DNA of 64,000 nt, taken from a virus. The translations under genes and the position numbers were made by a program. The stretch is from positions 41,445 to 105,444 of IMG/VR virus record IMGVR_UViG_3300037502_002220; one strand, written 5' to 3'. Positions 39,532 through 47,329 of the stretch are shown here, piece after piece (position 1 is the stretch's first letter; every line of letters starts with the position of its first letter). The notes below the pieces were generated by a model. It made no database searches. It was given only the letters and a program-made list of their open reading frames with translations, and had not been told where the DNA came from.

Positions 39532-39636
39532 TCATGATAGAATTTTCATTGTTACAGGTATGCTTATTTCATCAGCTTGTAGTGTATATAAATAAAGTCT
39601 ATCGTACTGTGTTATGTATAAAACTTTCATTTTCAT
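39532..39636 (-). CDS. First array micro-ORF, MKMKVLYITQYDRLYLYTLQADEISIPVTMKILS
   Basis: Manual translation, 34 aa. Confidence 0.65.
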   Translation of the reverse strand: MKMKVLYITQYDRLYLYTLQADEISIPVTMKILS

Positions 39637-39657
39637 AGGTAGGTATATTAAACACAA

Positions 39658-39680
39658 ATGCCCTTGGTTTACAAGGGCAT
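39658..39680 (-). promoter_or_regulatory. Hairpin just upstream of the micro-ORF array
   Basis: Perfect 9-bp stem atgcccttg/caagggcat with a weak U-tract. Confidence 0.5.
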
Positions 39681-39851
39681 CGTGGATTACGCAATTTCTG
39701 CAAGTTCTGGTTCTAAACCTGGGTAGATTTCTCGTATCTTAATTTCAGCTTCATCTTTATTAGAAGCTTCAATATGTACGACACCTGCACCAATAAAAAA
39801 AGTAAACGTTTGCTTTTCTTCTTCCATAACAGTTTATTTATTAAGTTAGAT

Positions 39852-39881
39852 AAAAAACCAGGGCTATATTTCAAGCCCTGG
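39852..39881 (-). terminator. Intrinsic terminator
   Basis: ccagggct/agccctgg stem plus T6 on the - strand. Confidence 0.7.
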
Positions 39882-39907
39882 TACATAGTGAATCACAATA
39901 CGAGGGA

Positions 39908-40072
39908 TTACTTATTCTTCCAGATACGTTCTCTAGTCTTCTTTCCGGTAACAGTACACACTGTTTCTAGGTAATATGCACCATGTTTAGGTAGACTTTC
40001 TTTAATAGCTTCGATGCTATCAGCCTCTATGATACGCTTACCTTTTTCGGTCACAATGTAATACTTTTTCAT
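39908..40072 (-). CDS. Small basic hypothetical protein (likely start MKKYY)
   Basis: 3' part of ORF 39908..40186; the upstream part overlaps the FGE-like gene. Confidence 0.55.
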   Translation of the reverse strand: MKKYYIVTEKGKRIIEADSIEAIKESLPKHGAYYLETVCTVTGKKTRERIWKNK

Positions 40073-40079
40073 GTTTGTG

Positions 40080-40904
40080 TCAATAGAAAAAGATATTAGA
40101 CATGTACTCTTCTTTTGGAAACTTATCTTTCCAGATATCCTCGTCCATATAGGGTAAGTTATCGGGAACAGCCATTTTCCACACATTACCTACAGTATCG
40201 TAGATACCGTACTTGTTTGGTTTCTTCTTCTTTACAGGTTGTGTTTTACCACCCATCTCTGCAGTAGTCCATGCAATCTCTTGAATATCTGTACGAGTAT
40301 CTAAGTTCTCAGCATGATCTGCAGCGATTGTAGTCCACTCTGCTTTTGTAGGAAACAGGAATACAGCGTGACCTTTGATAGCTGGGTTATACCAGAACCA
40401 CCACTGACCGTTGTACTCTTTCATGATATACGGCATTGGTTTACCGTGCATATCATTTAACCAGTTGATGTACGAGATTGCGTTCAAGATCTCAAGGTTA
40501 ATCGCTGGGCGATCATCGCGACCATAGTTTTGATCATTAGCGAGATCTCTTCCTGTCATATAACAGAAAGCATCAAACTGGTTGAACGTAACTACGGTAT
40601 CTGCTGATGCAACAAGTGGAAAACACTCTGCAGGTAACGGTACAAAAGTACCTAAATCAATGTCTTTGTCGCTGATAGTCTTTTGCTCAAAAGCACGTTG
40701 TGATGTAGCTACAGCAACTACAAACGGTTCTACAGGTTTTCTGTTGACCACATTAATAATTGCAATAGCATTACGGTGTACTTCTTCAAGCTCTGGTGTG
40801 TTGAAATACTTACGCATTTTAGGTAATGCTTGTGCATACCATTTACCAAAATCTTTAGAAGAAGCTTTTTGTTGAACTTGATCTTTAAATTCTTGTACAG
40901 TCAT
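40080..40904 (-). CDS. FGE-sulfatase (SUMF1/C-type lectin fold) domain protein, divergent
   Basis: VTFNQF..RPAINL..PTKAEW..PVKKKKPNKYGIYDTVGNVW. Confidence 0.75.
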   Translation of the reverse strand: MTVQEFKDQVQQKASSKDFGKWYAQALPKMRKYFNTPELEEVHRNAIAIINVVNRKPVEPFVVAVATSQRAFEQKTISDKDIDLGTFVPLPAECFPLVASADTVVTFNQFDAFCYMTGRDLANDQNYGRDDRPAINLEILNAISYINWLNDMHGKPMPYIMKEYNGQWWFWYNPAIKGHAVFLFPTKAEWTTIAADHAENLDTRTDIQEIAWTTAEMGGKTQPVKKKKPNKYGIYDTVGNVWKMAVPDNLPYMDEDIWKDKFPKEEYMSNIFFY

Positions 40905-40920
40905 GATTGTAATTTTAGTT

Positions 40921-40951
40921 AAAAAGAGAAGGGAGTGTTACCTCCCCTCTC
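40921..40951 (-). terminator. Intrinsic terminator
   Basis: gagaagggag/ctcccctctc stem with GTAACA loop and T-tract. Confidence 0.6.
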
Positions 40952-40974
40952 CAAATGCTTACTGAAAAAGTGTC

Positions 40975-41322
40975 TTAGTCCCAAGCATCGCTGATTGCAT
41001 CTTCTCCTTCACCAAGTGGATTGTACTCTACTTGGATAGAAGAAATGTGAAAACCAGCTTCCAGTTCTACAGTTGGGTGTACTGGATGCTTGAGAAATGC
41101 TTTCTTACCTTCAGGTACTACAAAAGCAACGATGTTACCCCTATCCGCAGGAATAGGTGTAGGCATTGTGAACCCTGTAGGTGCCTTGAAATCAGGTTTG
41201 AAGTCGTTGCGTACTACGGTAAAATCACCTTCGAGTACATGCTTTTCAGCACTCCCTGGTGTTACCGTAACTGGATCAATTACGTTTACATGCATGATAA
41301 CAGAATTAAGATTGTTCAACAA
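40975..41322 (-). CDS. Conserved phage beta-rich hypothetical protein
   Basis: H..H..L..G....QVEYNP pattern seen in phage hypotheticals; function unknown. Confidence 0.6.
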   Translation of the reverse strand: MLNNLNSVIMHVNVIDPVTVTPGSAEKHVLEGDFTVVRNDFKPDFKAPTGFTMPTPIPADRGNIVAFVVPEGKKAFLKHPVHPTVELEAGFHISSIQVEYNPLGEGEDAISDAWD

Positions 41323-42013
41323 TAAGTTTAAAGAAGTCTTCTTTGCTGATGTGGTACGGAGAATCTAGCCATGGTTTGCTAAGGTATTCAGGTTTAATCG
41401 TAGTGATAATAACCTCACCTTGACGACGTATACACTTGATATGTTCAAGTGGTATCCTAGTTCTAAAAGCCCACGCTACTGCAGCAGCAGCATCATAGCT
41501 ACCTTTTTTGCAGAACTTCTCACTATGTGGTACCATCAAGAAATATGGTGTACCAAAGTGTACGTCAAATACTTGTACAGCATACACGTGCGTAACCTTT
41601 TTACCGTTGATGGCAGGCTCACGCATCTCAGGAAATACCTCTTTAATAGGTCTCCTTCTGAGAATGTAGTGGTTCGTAATCGTAGAATCTTTCTGTTTGG
41701 TTTCTACAGTGCGCTCATCTACAATTTCTGCGTCAGCAAAGATAGTAGAAAACGGTAAAAACCTAAACAGTGCTTGACGTTTAGTAGAAGCTTGTTCTGC
41801 CCGTAGATTAGGGAACAATGACTTAAAATCAGAGAGTTCAGAAAATGTAATTGGTGTTACATCTTTCCAGATCTCTCTGATAAAATCATTGTCAAGTACA
41901 GGAAGATCTATGAACATATCTTCAAGATCTTCTCTGTACTTAGCCTTTAGTACCCTTAGTGCAAAGTCGAAAGGAAACAAAAAGTTCCCAATCTGAAGTA
42001 CTCTCATTTTCAT
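41306..42013 (-). CDS. Hypothetical protein (DUF6745-like, tentative)
   Basis: YFLMVP..AAAAVAWAF..RQGE. Confidence 0.5.
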   Translation of the reverse strand: MKMRVLQIGNFLFPFDFALRVLKAKYREDLEDMFIDLPVLDNDFIREIWKDVTPITFSELSDFKSLFPNLRAEQASTKRQALFRFLPFSTIFADAEIVDERTVETKQKDSTITNHYILRRRPIKEVFPEMREPAINGKKVTHVYAVQVFDVHFGTPYFLMVPHSEKFCKKGSYDAAAAVAWAFRTRIPLEHIKCIRRQGEVIITTIKPEYLSKPWLDSPYHISKEDFFKLIVEQS

Positions 42014-42321
42014 AGTTTCATCTTCTTTTTGGTGGCAGCGTAATTCAATTTTACCAGCTTGCGTTTAGCAGCTAGTAACATGTGTGTGCGAGCTCTTTCT
42101 TCTTTAGAATCTTTCCAGAGCCTCACATAGTGCTCGTACAGCTCTTCTGTACACGTAGTAAGGTAGAACACCGCTTCTGCATTTGTGAAGCTCCTAGAGA
42201 CCGTGTGAGCCTCCAGGATACCTTCTGGTGAAACATACTCTGTAGTCTCATTTACATGAGGTAGAATATGCTTCCAGTACTTTACGATGTTCGTAATAAT
42301 AGACTCACTTCTTTCTGTCAT
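42010..42321 (-). CDS. Hypothetical protein
   Basis: Coupled ORF. Confidence 0.6.
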   Translation of the reverse strand: MTERSESIITNIVKYWKHILPHVNETTEYVSPEGILEAHTVSRSFTNAEAVFYLTTCTEELYEHYVRLWKDSKEERARTHMLLAAKRKLVKLNYAATKKKMKL

Positions 42322-42346
42322 GATCTGTAGTTTTTTAGATTAGTAA

Positions 42347-42514
42347 TCATCGTTTGTTTTTCCAAATCATCTTTCCGTCACCTTCACGGATTGTAGTGGT
42401 TTTACCATCTGCAGTTTTTACTTCAGAATCAAAACCTTTCCCTTTACCAGTAGTAACCGCAGTTACTCTTTGACCAGTTTCAGGGTGCTTAACGTTTACA
42501 CGAATCTTTGCCAT
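42347..42514 (-). CDS. 55-aa basic protein MAKIRVNVKHPETG...IWKNKR (below the ORF-track cutoff)
   Basis: Manual translation; fills the gap between two genes. Confidence 0.65.
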   Translation of the reverse strand: MAKIRVNVKHPETGQRVTAVTTGKGKGFDSEVKTADGKTTTIREGDGKMIWKNKR

Positions 42515-42524
42515 TGTATTAGAT

Positions 42525-42752
42525 TTAATTGTTAGAAAATATTAGTTCCTTAGCGAATACTTCTTCAGTGTTACCTTTGTAATCACGGATACGCATGATT
42601 GTATCCGGTTCTAGTTTAGCGATACCTTCCTGTACAGGTTCTGCGATCCACACTTTCAGCTTGTAATAGTGTGCGCGATACTTACCTGATCCATTAGGTT
42701 TAGCATCTTTGTAAGATACTTCACCGTTGTAGAGCTTCCTTGGTTCCTTCAT
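42525..42752 (-). CDS. Hypothetical protein
   Basis: Tiled ORF. Confidence 0.6.
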   Translation of the reverse strand: MKEPRKLYNGEVSYKDAKPNGSGKYRAHYYKLKVWIAEPVQEGIAKLEPDTIMRIRDYKGNTEEVFAKELIFSNN

Positions 42753-42753
42753 A

Positions 42754-43587
42754 TTACGTCATGTTTATTTTTATGGAAATGTTATCACGATCAGTACCTT
42801 TTATTTCTAAGTACCAACCTCCTATATTTTTAGGTACTCCTAGTTTTTCAACAGCCCAGCTAGTAGCAACTGCATATTCTTCTTTATAAGTTCCAGATTT
42901 AATAAAATATTGAGGTCTTAGTAAAAGATTTCCAGTTTTAGTTATATCATACCTCATAATTTCAGCTAAACTTCGGTCATGTGTATGTCCGCTAACAACA
43001 AAATCTGCGTCAGTAACTACACCATACCTACTATATGCTTGAAATCCACGTGATACTACACCTCCCCAGAGACCATGATGATAGTACATGAGATATGTTT
43101 TTACATTAGCACCATTGCGGTGTAGTACAAACTTAATAAATCCATGATAACCTCCAGCATATACTTTCTCTTCTGGACCTTTATATAGATTTGTACCGTC
43201 TACAAATCTTTTAATGACATCAGTTTCTAACCTGTTTAATAGCCCTAATTCGTGGTTCCCTTTGGAAATCAATGAGATAGGATAATCTTTGAACTTTTCT
43301 ATTGTATCTTCTATTACAGCGTCTATATAATTACTGGTATTGTGTTCTGGTCTAATATCTTTTTTACTAGACCTAGGATCATATTTCCCTTGCATCATGC
43401 AGAAGAAGTCTCCAAACACAAATATCTTACCGTTGCGTTCTGCTACATAGTCTAAGTGCTTATGTAGTTTATCACGTTGACATTTAGGGTTGTCATAGTG
43501 AAAATCGCTACCTAAAAAGAATAGCACATCTTCGCCGTAAGGAATACGTACTTCCAAGAGCACGTCACTAATCTGTTTAATTTCCAT
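42754..43587 (-). CDS. Calcineurin-like metallophosphoesterase
   Basis: SDFH, GDFF, GNHE, HHG, GHTH. Confidence 0.88.
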   Translation of the reverse strand: MEIKQISDVLLEVRIPYGEDVLFFLGSDFHYDNPKCQRDKLHKHLDYVAERNGKIFVFGDFFCMMQGKYDPRSSKKDIRPEHNTSNYIDAVIEDTIEKFKDYPISLISKGNHELGLLNRLETDVIKRFVDGTNLYKGPEEKVYAGGYHGFIKFVLHRNGANVKTYLMYYHHGLWGGVVSRGFQAYSRYGVVTDADFVVSGHTHDRSLAEIMRYDITKTGNLLLRPQYFIKSGTYKEEYAVATSWAVEKLGVPKNIGGWYLEIKGTDRDNISIKINMT

Positions 43588-43603
43588 GGTTTTAATTTTT
43601 TTT

Positions 43604-43611
43604 CAAAATTA
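43604..43611 (-). promoter_or_regulatory. Bacteroidota-type -7 promoter element (TAATTTTG)
   Basis: Matches TAnnTTTG just upstream of the ATG at 43587; the same octamer lies at 56335-56342 (-) and 63614-63621 (+). Confidence 0.5.
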
Positions 43612-43680
43612 AACAGATTTCTGATAAAAGTGAGAGGATCTTTTACGACCCTCTCACAAAACTACAGTCAAAACTAATTC

Positions 43681-44706
43681 TTACAGATATTCGTACTCAG
43701 GATTGTAGATTTTGATGATGCGTTCTACATCCTCTAGAGTTACGTTGTGGTCTAAAAACCACTGTACTCTTTCGATAGAATCGTATGCAAACATCTCATC
43801 ACACCAAGTTTTGTTATTAGTGTGCTGATAGTACGACACCAGCGATGGCATTGTAATTGGTATCCTACAAAACATTTTTTCAAGCTCAAGTGAGTCTATA
43901 GCTGAGCTGTAGAATACAGCTTGCTCAATATCTGTGAGCTTGAGTTCGTTTACGCGGTTGATAAAGTGCTTTACGTTATCGCACTCTTCTACTATATCTA
44001 GCATAGATTTGTACGATACACCATAGATTTGTGCAACGGAGTTAGCATTGCTATACAATAATCTATGCGTAGGATCGTTTTGTACAATCATGCGATCCGT
44101 AAAATCATCGTCAATACCTAGTATATCATACTCTTCGTCTTGTTTTACTTTACCGTCAAATGACACAGGCGCAAGTTTAGGTGAAGAATCATTTGCTATC
44201 ATCTTCAACATCTTTAACATTTCAGCAGCATTGTCTTTAGCAAGTTCAAGACCTTTCATTTTCATCGCATGTCTGAAAAGCATAAGTACGTAAATCTCAC
44301 TTTTGCTGTAGTTTTCTTCAATAAACTTTACAGCATATGAACGTCTATTAATAAGCGCGTACGATAATACAATCCAACTATGCCAAGATGCAAACTTGTT
44401 AATGCGAACATCGTCAGATAACATTTGTACATCACTAACAAGTTGCTCTATGTCAAAGTTGTTTCTTTTGCGGTTGAGATTAAATGGTCTTAGTTTCACA
44501 TGTGGTCTTGCAAAAACCATAATCGCAGTGTGGTCATCAGTATACATAGGAGCAAGTTCGGAGCTGAGCATTATAGCAAGCTCGCGTTCGTTGAAGACTG
44601 AAAAGTATTCAAGTACTTCATTTTCTTTAACTCTTTCCTTAAAACTTTGTTCATCTATACCACACGCTTCGTAAATGTTGTTAGCTTCATGATTATATGG
44701 TTCCAT
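43681..44706 (-). CDS. Hypothetical protein
   Basis: 341-aa ORF. Confidence 0.75.
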   Translation of the reverse strand: MEPYNHEANNIYEACGIDEQSFKERVKENEVLEYFSVFNERELAIMLSSELAPMYTDDHTAIMVFARPHVKLRPFNLNRKRNNFDIEQLVSDVQMLSDDVRINKFASWHSWIVLSYALINRRSYAVKFIEENYSKSEIYVLMLFRHAMKMKGLELAKDNAAEMLKMLKMIANDSSPKLAPVSFDGKVKQDEEYDILGIDDDFTDRMIVQNDPTHRLLYSNANSVAQIYGVSYKSMLDIVEECDNVKHFINRVNELKLTDIEQAVFYSSAIDSLELEKMFCRIPITMPSLVSYYQHTNNKTWCDEMFAYDSIERVQWFLDHNVTLEDVERIIKIYNPEYEYL

Positions 44707-44727
44707 AACTATTTTTCTAAGGTTAAG

Positions 44728-44757
44728 AAAAAGGGTAGCTATATTTCAAGCTACCCT
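44728..44757 (-). terminator. Intrinsic terminator
   Basis: agggtagct/agctaccct stem plus T-tract; same gctatatttcaagc core as the hairpin at 39858-39881. Confidence 0.7.
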
Positions 44758-44776
44758 CTATACGCACTCTCACAAA

Positions 44777-45577
44777 CTATTTGACACCAGTCAGCAGCGT
44801 AATCTCTGCTTCTTCAAGCTTTGCCGCATTCACAGAGTTGGTTAATACACTTGGCACAGTGTACGGATCCTCCATGAGTGAGGTAAGTACCTCAAGTGAA
44901 GCATCATTGCTAGCCATCTGCACGATCTGAGAAGGTAAGAGAATGTGAGGTTTTTCATTATTCTTTACCTTTTCTACATACTGCTGGATGCTTTGGTTCT
45001 CGAGGCCATGAAGCTCAGATACAAGCCTGATTTCTGTGTGCCTGTAATAAGGTGCACTATGGCCTTCAGGCGTAAGTACCTTTACAGGTTGTTTAGAAAC
45101 CGGATTCAGAACAGGAGCCATGTTCACGCGATAAGGATTTGGAGTAAACGACTCGATGACTACAATCGTAGTAGCGTCGTTTTCTACACCAAAGAACTCA
45201 TCTGCAGACATAGCCTTGTTTTCAATGGTGTAGTCACCTTCGATATTACTATCGACGGCGGCACCATTAAGCCCTTGTGATACGAAAAACAAATTCTTAC
45301 CATCCCAGTTAGGGAATCTTTCACGAATTACCTTCTCGCTTAAGGTAATAATCGCGGTGTTGGTAACCCAGGCATTGATACCTAGAGCTACACGCAACAG
45401 CGAATTTTGAGATGGTGCAGATGCTTTTGCGGGTGATTGCTGTACTATCGTAGCACGATAGCCAGCTTTACCTCCGCGACTACGGTTGTCTTGGTAAAAG
45501 ATAGCCCTGATGTAGGGCTTAGTAGCTTTCCCAGTTTCAAGTAATTGATCGAGCTGAGTTTTTGCGGTTTGTGACAT
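44777..45577 (-). CDS. Hypothetical protein, possibly ssDNA-binding
   Basis: P..NP..G..PYYRHT pattern recalled from Bacteroidota phage proteins; tentative. Confidence 0.4.
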   Translation of the reverse strand: MSQTAKTQLDQLLETGKATKPYIRAIFYQDNRSRGGKAGYRATIVQQSPAKASAPSQNSLLRVALGINAWVTNTAIITLSEKVIRERFPNWDGKNLFFVSQGLNGAAVDSNIEGDYTIENKAMSADEFFGVENDATTIVVIESFTPNPYRVNMAPVLNPVSKQPVKVLTPEGHSAPYYRHTEIRLVSELHGLENQSIQQYVEKVKNNEKPHILLPSQIVQMASNDASLEVLTSLMEDPYTVPSVLTNSVNAAKLEEAEITLLTGVK

Positions 45578-45609
45578 GATACAAGTGTTAAAAATGATTA
45601 AATAAAAAC

Positions 45610-45906
45610 TTACTTCAGTTTGATCTTAATTGTGATTGTCTTTTCTTCTTCGTTGTAGGAATACGTCATCACCTCAACAGGTTCAAACTTGAGCTGTTGC
45701 TGCATATCAGCTAGTGATGCTACAGCTTCTTGCATTTTTTTACGCATATCCCAAAGCTTAGAGTTGATGCTTAGATAAGATCTATCTAAAACTCTGGTAA
45801 GATTTGCGATTTCTTGCGTTTCTTGTTCTTGGTTGAGATTGCGGTGTAGTAGTTCTTCGAGAATCTTTTTCTCCGATGGAGACCACTTCTTTACTTGTCT
45901 TGGCAT
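45610..45906 (-). CDS. Myb/HTH-like DNA-binding protein
   Basis: WSPSEKKIL..IA..LDRSYLSINSKLW. Confidence 0.55.
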   Translation of the reverse strand: MPRQVKKWSPSEKKILEELLHRNLNQEQETQEIANLTRVLDRSYLSINSKLWDMRKKMQEAVASLADMQQQLKFEPVEVMTYSYNEEEKTITIKIKLK

Positions 45907-46053
45907 TGTACATGAATTTATGTGTGAGTAATAAAAATGACACAGGCATCACTTCTTTAATCGTATCACGTTGTGCGTGTACAGTTAGAGAGATAAGCAT
46001 CAGTGCGAATAGAATAATGTTTTTCATGATTACGCTTTTATATTAAATAATAG

Positions 46054-46120
46054 TGGTCAAAACAGGAATCGAACCTGTATCTAGATGTTATCTAGGTTTT
46101 AGCCATTAAACTATTTGACC
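46054..46120 (-). tRNA. tRNA-like element with shortened anticodon/variable region (possible anticodon AAC, Val)
   Basis: GGTCAAA/TTTGACC acceptor stem, GTTT-AATGGCTA-AAAC D-arm, ACAGG-TTCGATT-CCTGT T-arm; only 17 nt between the D- and T-stems. Confidence 0.7.
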
Positions 46121-46184
46121 ATAAAGGGACACCTGCTTAGGAAACAATACCCTCCATAAAATATTGTAAGCGGTGTCCCTAATC

Positions 46185-46403
46185 TTAAAACCAACCCTCA
46201 CGTAGTTTACTTCTAGGTGTAAGCATTGGTTGTGTATATACACCTTCATTACCTTGTTTACGTAAGTATTTGACGTAAATGCGTTCTGTGTTGAACTCAT
46301 CTACAACAATCTTAGTAACGATTCCTTTTTCCCACAGTTCTTTACTACATCCTTCGTAAGGAATGTAGTGAACTGCGTCGTCTACTTGGTAGTTTACTTT
46401 CAT
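46185..46403 (-). CDS. Small SH3/KOW-like hypothetical protein
   Basis: YQVDDAVHY..GIVTKI..YVKY. Confidence 0.55.
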   Translation of the reverse strand: MKVNYQVDDAVHYIPYEGCSKELWEKGIVTKIVVDEFNTERIYVKYLRKQGNEGVYTQPMLTPRSKLREGWF

Positions 46404-46642
46404 AGCTTATTTTTTAAGTTGTTATACGCCTGCATACATTGATCTAAGCTATCAAACAACTCAGGTTTACCGTCTGAGTTTTGACTAAGTATGTTCCAGT
46501 ACTTAATTTGTACACCTAGTTGTTTATTACTGTCTTTATCGTAGACAGCACTCACAACCTGGTGTATACCTTTTTGTACAGTTTTACCGTACAAAGGTTT
46601 TGTATATGTTCCCATGATTATTTTTTTGTAATAAAAAAGCAA
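46400..46642 (-). CDS. Hypothetical protein (likely start MGTYT)
   Basis: ORF track. Confidence 0.55.
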   Translation of the reverse strand: MLFYYKKIIMGTYTKPLYGKTVQKGIHQVVSAVYDKDSNKQLGVQIKYWNILSQNSDGKPELFDSLDQCMQAYNNLKNKL

Positions 46643-46696
46643 CTCCCAACATTTCTGTTAAGGAGTTGCCTATAATAATCTCAAAAACCCTATTCT

Positions 46697-46882
46697 TTAT
46701 AGTAGTCCTGTTTTTTCACTAATAATAAATAATAGTGCTAAACAAACTACTGTTTTCGTAATCGTTACTACCTCAAATATTATCACACGTGTGTAAGATA
46801 ACTCTTGTGGATAACATTGTATACATGAAAATGTTACCCACAAGAATATCCAAATAGCTGTTGCAATTATCTTCCTTTTCAT
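46697..46882 (-). CDS. Small two-helix membrane protein
   Basis: Two hydrophobic segments. Confidence 0.55.
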   Translation of the reverse strand: MKRKIIATAIWIFLWVTFSCIQCYPQELSYTRVIIFEVVTITKTVVCLALLFIISEKTGLL

Positions 46883-46994
46883 TACTTGTACATGAGATAA
46901 TTGCTAACTGCAACTACAAAAAAGATGATGGATACCACTAACGTAGTAGCTAGTACCCAAAACAAAATCTTGTTACCGTCGTTGTTCTGTTTCA

Positions 46995-47312
46995 TTAGCT
47001 TACGATTTTACCGTAAACAATACTGTCATCTTCTTCGCGAATAGCAAGGGTTTTGATTTCCCACTGCATTGTTGATGTGTACTCGTTGGATAATTCCCCT
47101 GTACTAGGATTGTAGTACTTGTAAGCGTTGTCAAGTACGCGTACAACCTGCATTGCAGTATTATACTTAGTGCTGGTAATCGTGTTACCTACCGCAACCT
47201 CGTCACTGGTGTTGAATGCGTACTTTTTCAAGTTGCGACATTCTTCACTCGTGAGAAAATTGTTTGTAAATACTACGATAATCGTCTTAGGCTTGCGCAA
47301 ATCAATACTCAT
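46995..47312 (-). CDS. Hypothetical protein, paralog of 47636..47965
   Basis: Shared pattern KT..V....V..GN.IT...V..VL...YKY.N..TGEL.N....IKT. Confidence 0.7.
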   Translation of the reverse strand: MSIDLRKPKTIIVVFTNNFLTSEECRNLKKYAFNTSDEVAVGNTITSTKYNTAMQVVRVLDNAYKYYNPSTGELSNEYTSTMQWEIKTLAIREEDDSIVYGKIVS

Positions 47313-47329
47313 AGTTCAAAGTTTTATAA

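Larger units (their letters stand above)
33895..39636 (-). other. Tandem array of about 50 translationally coupled micro-ORFs (about 28-50 aa each)
   Basis: Manual translation gives consecutive stop-free short ORFs joined mostly by ATGA/GTGA or short overlaps; most end in hydrophobic-x-hydrophobic-x-[LIV]-K-x-x-x-stop. Confidence 0.85.

Noticed and set aside
33895-39636. Stop-codon reassignment (TAG/TGA) hiding long genes, as in some crAss-like phages
   Set aside because: Long genes elsewhere read cleanly in code 11. The short ORFs end in TGA, TAA and TAG and change frame at nearly every junction, so read-through would not join them.
33895-39636. CRISPR array or integron-like cassette array
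   Set aside because: Junctions are too degenerate and non-palindromic, units (about 110 nt) are open reading frames, and no cas operon, attC-like hairpins or integrase are visible.
39908-42514. Two small proteins both ending IWKNK(R)
   Set aside because: Five-residue match with different codons and no other similarity; plausibly chance.
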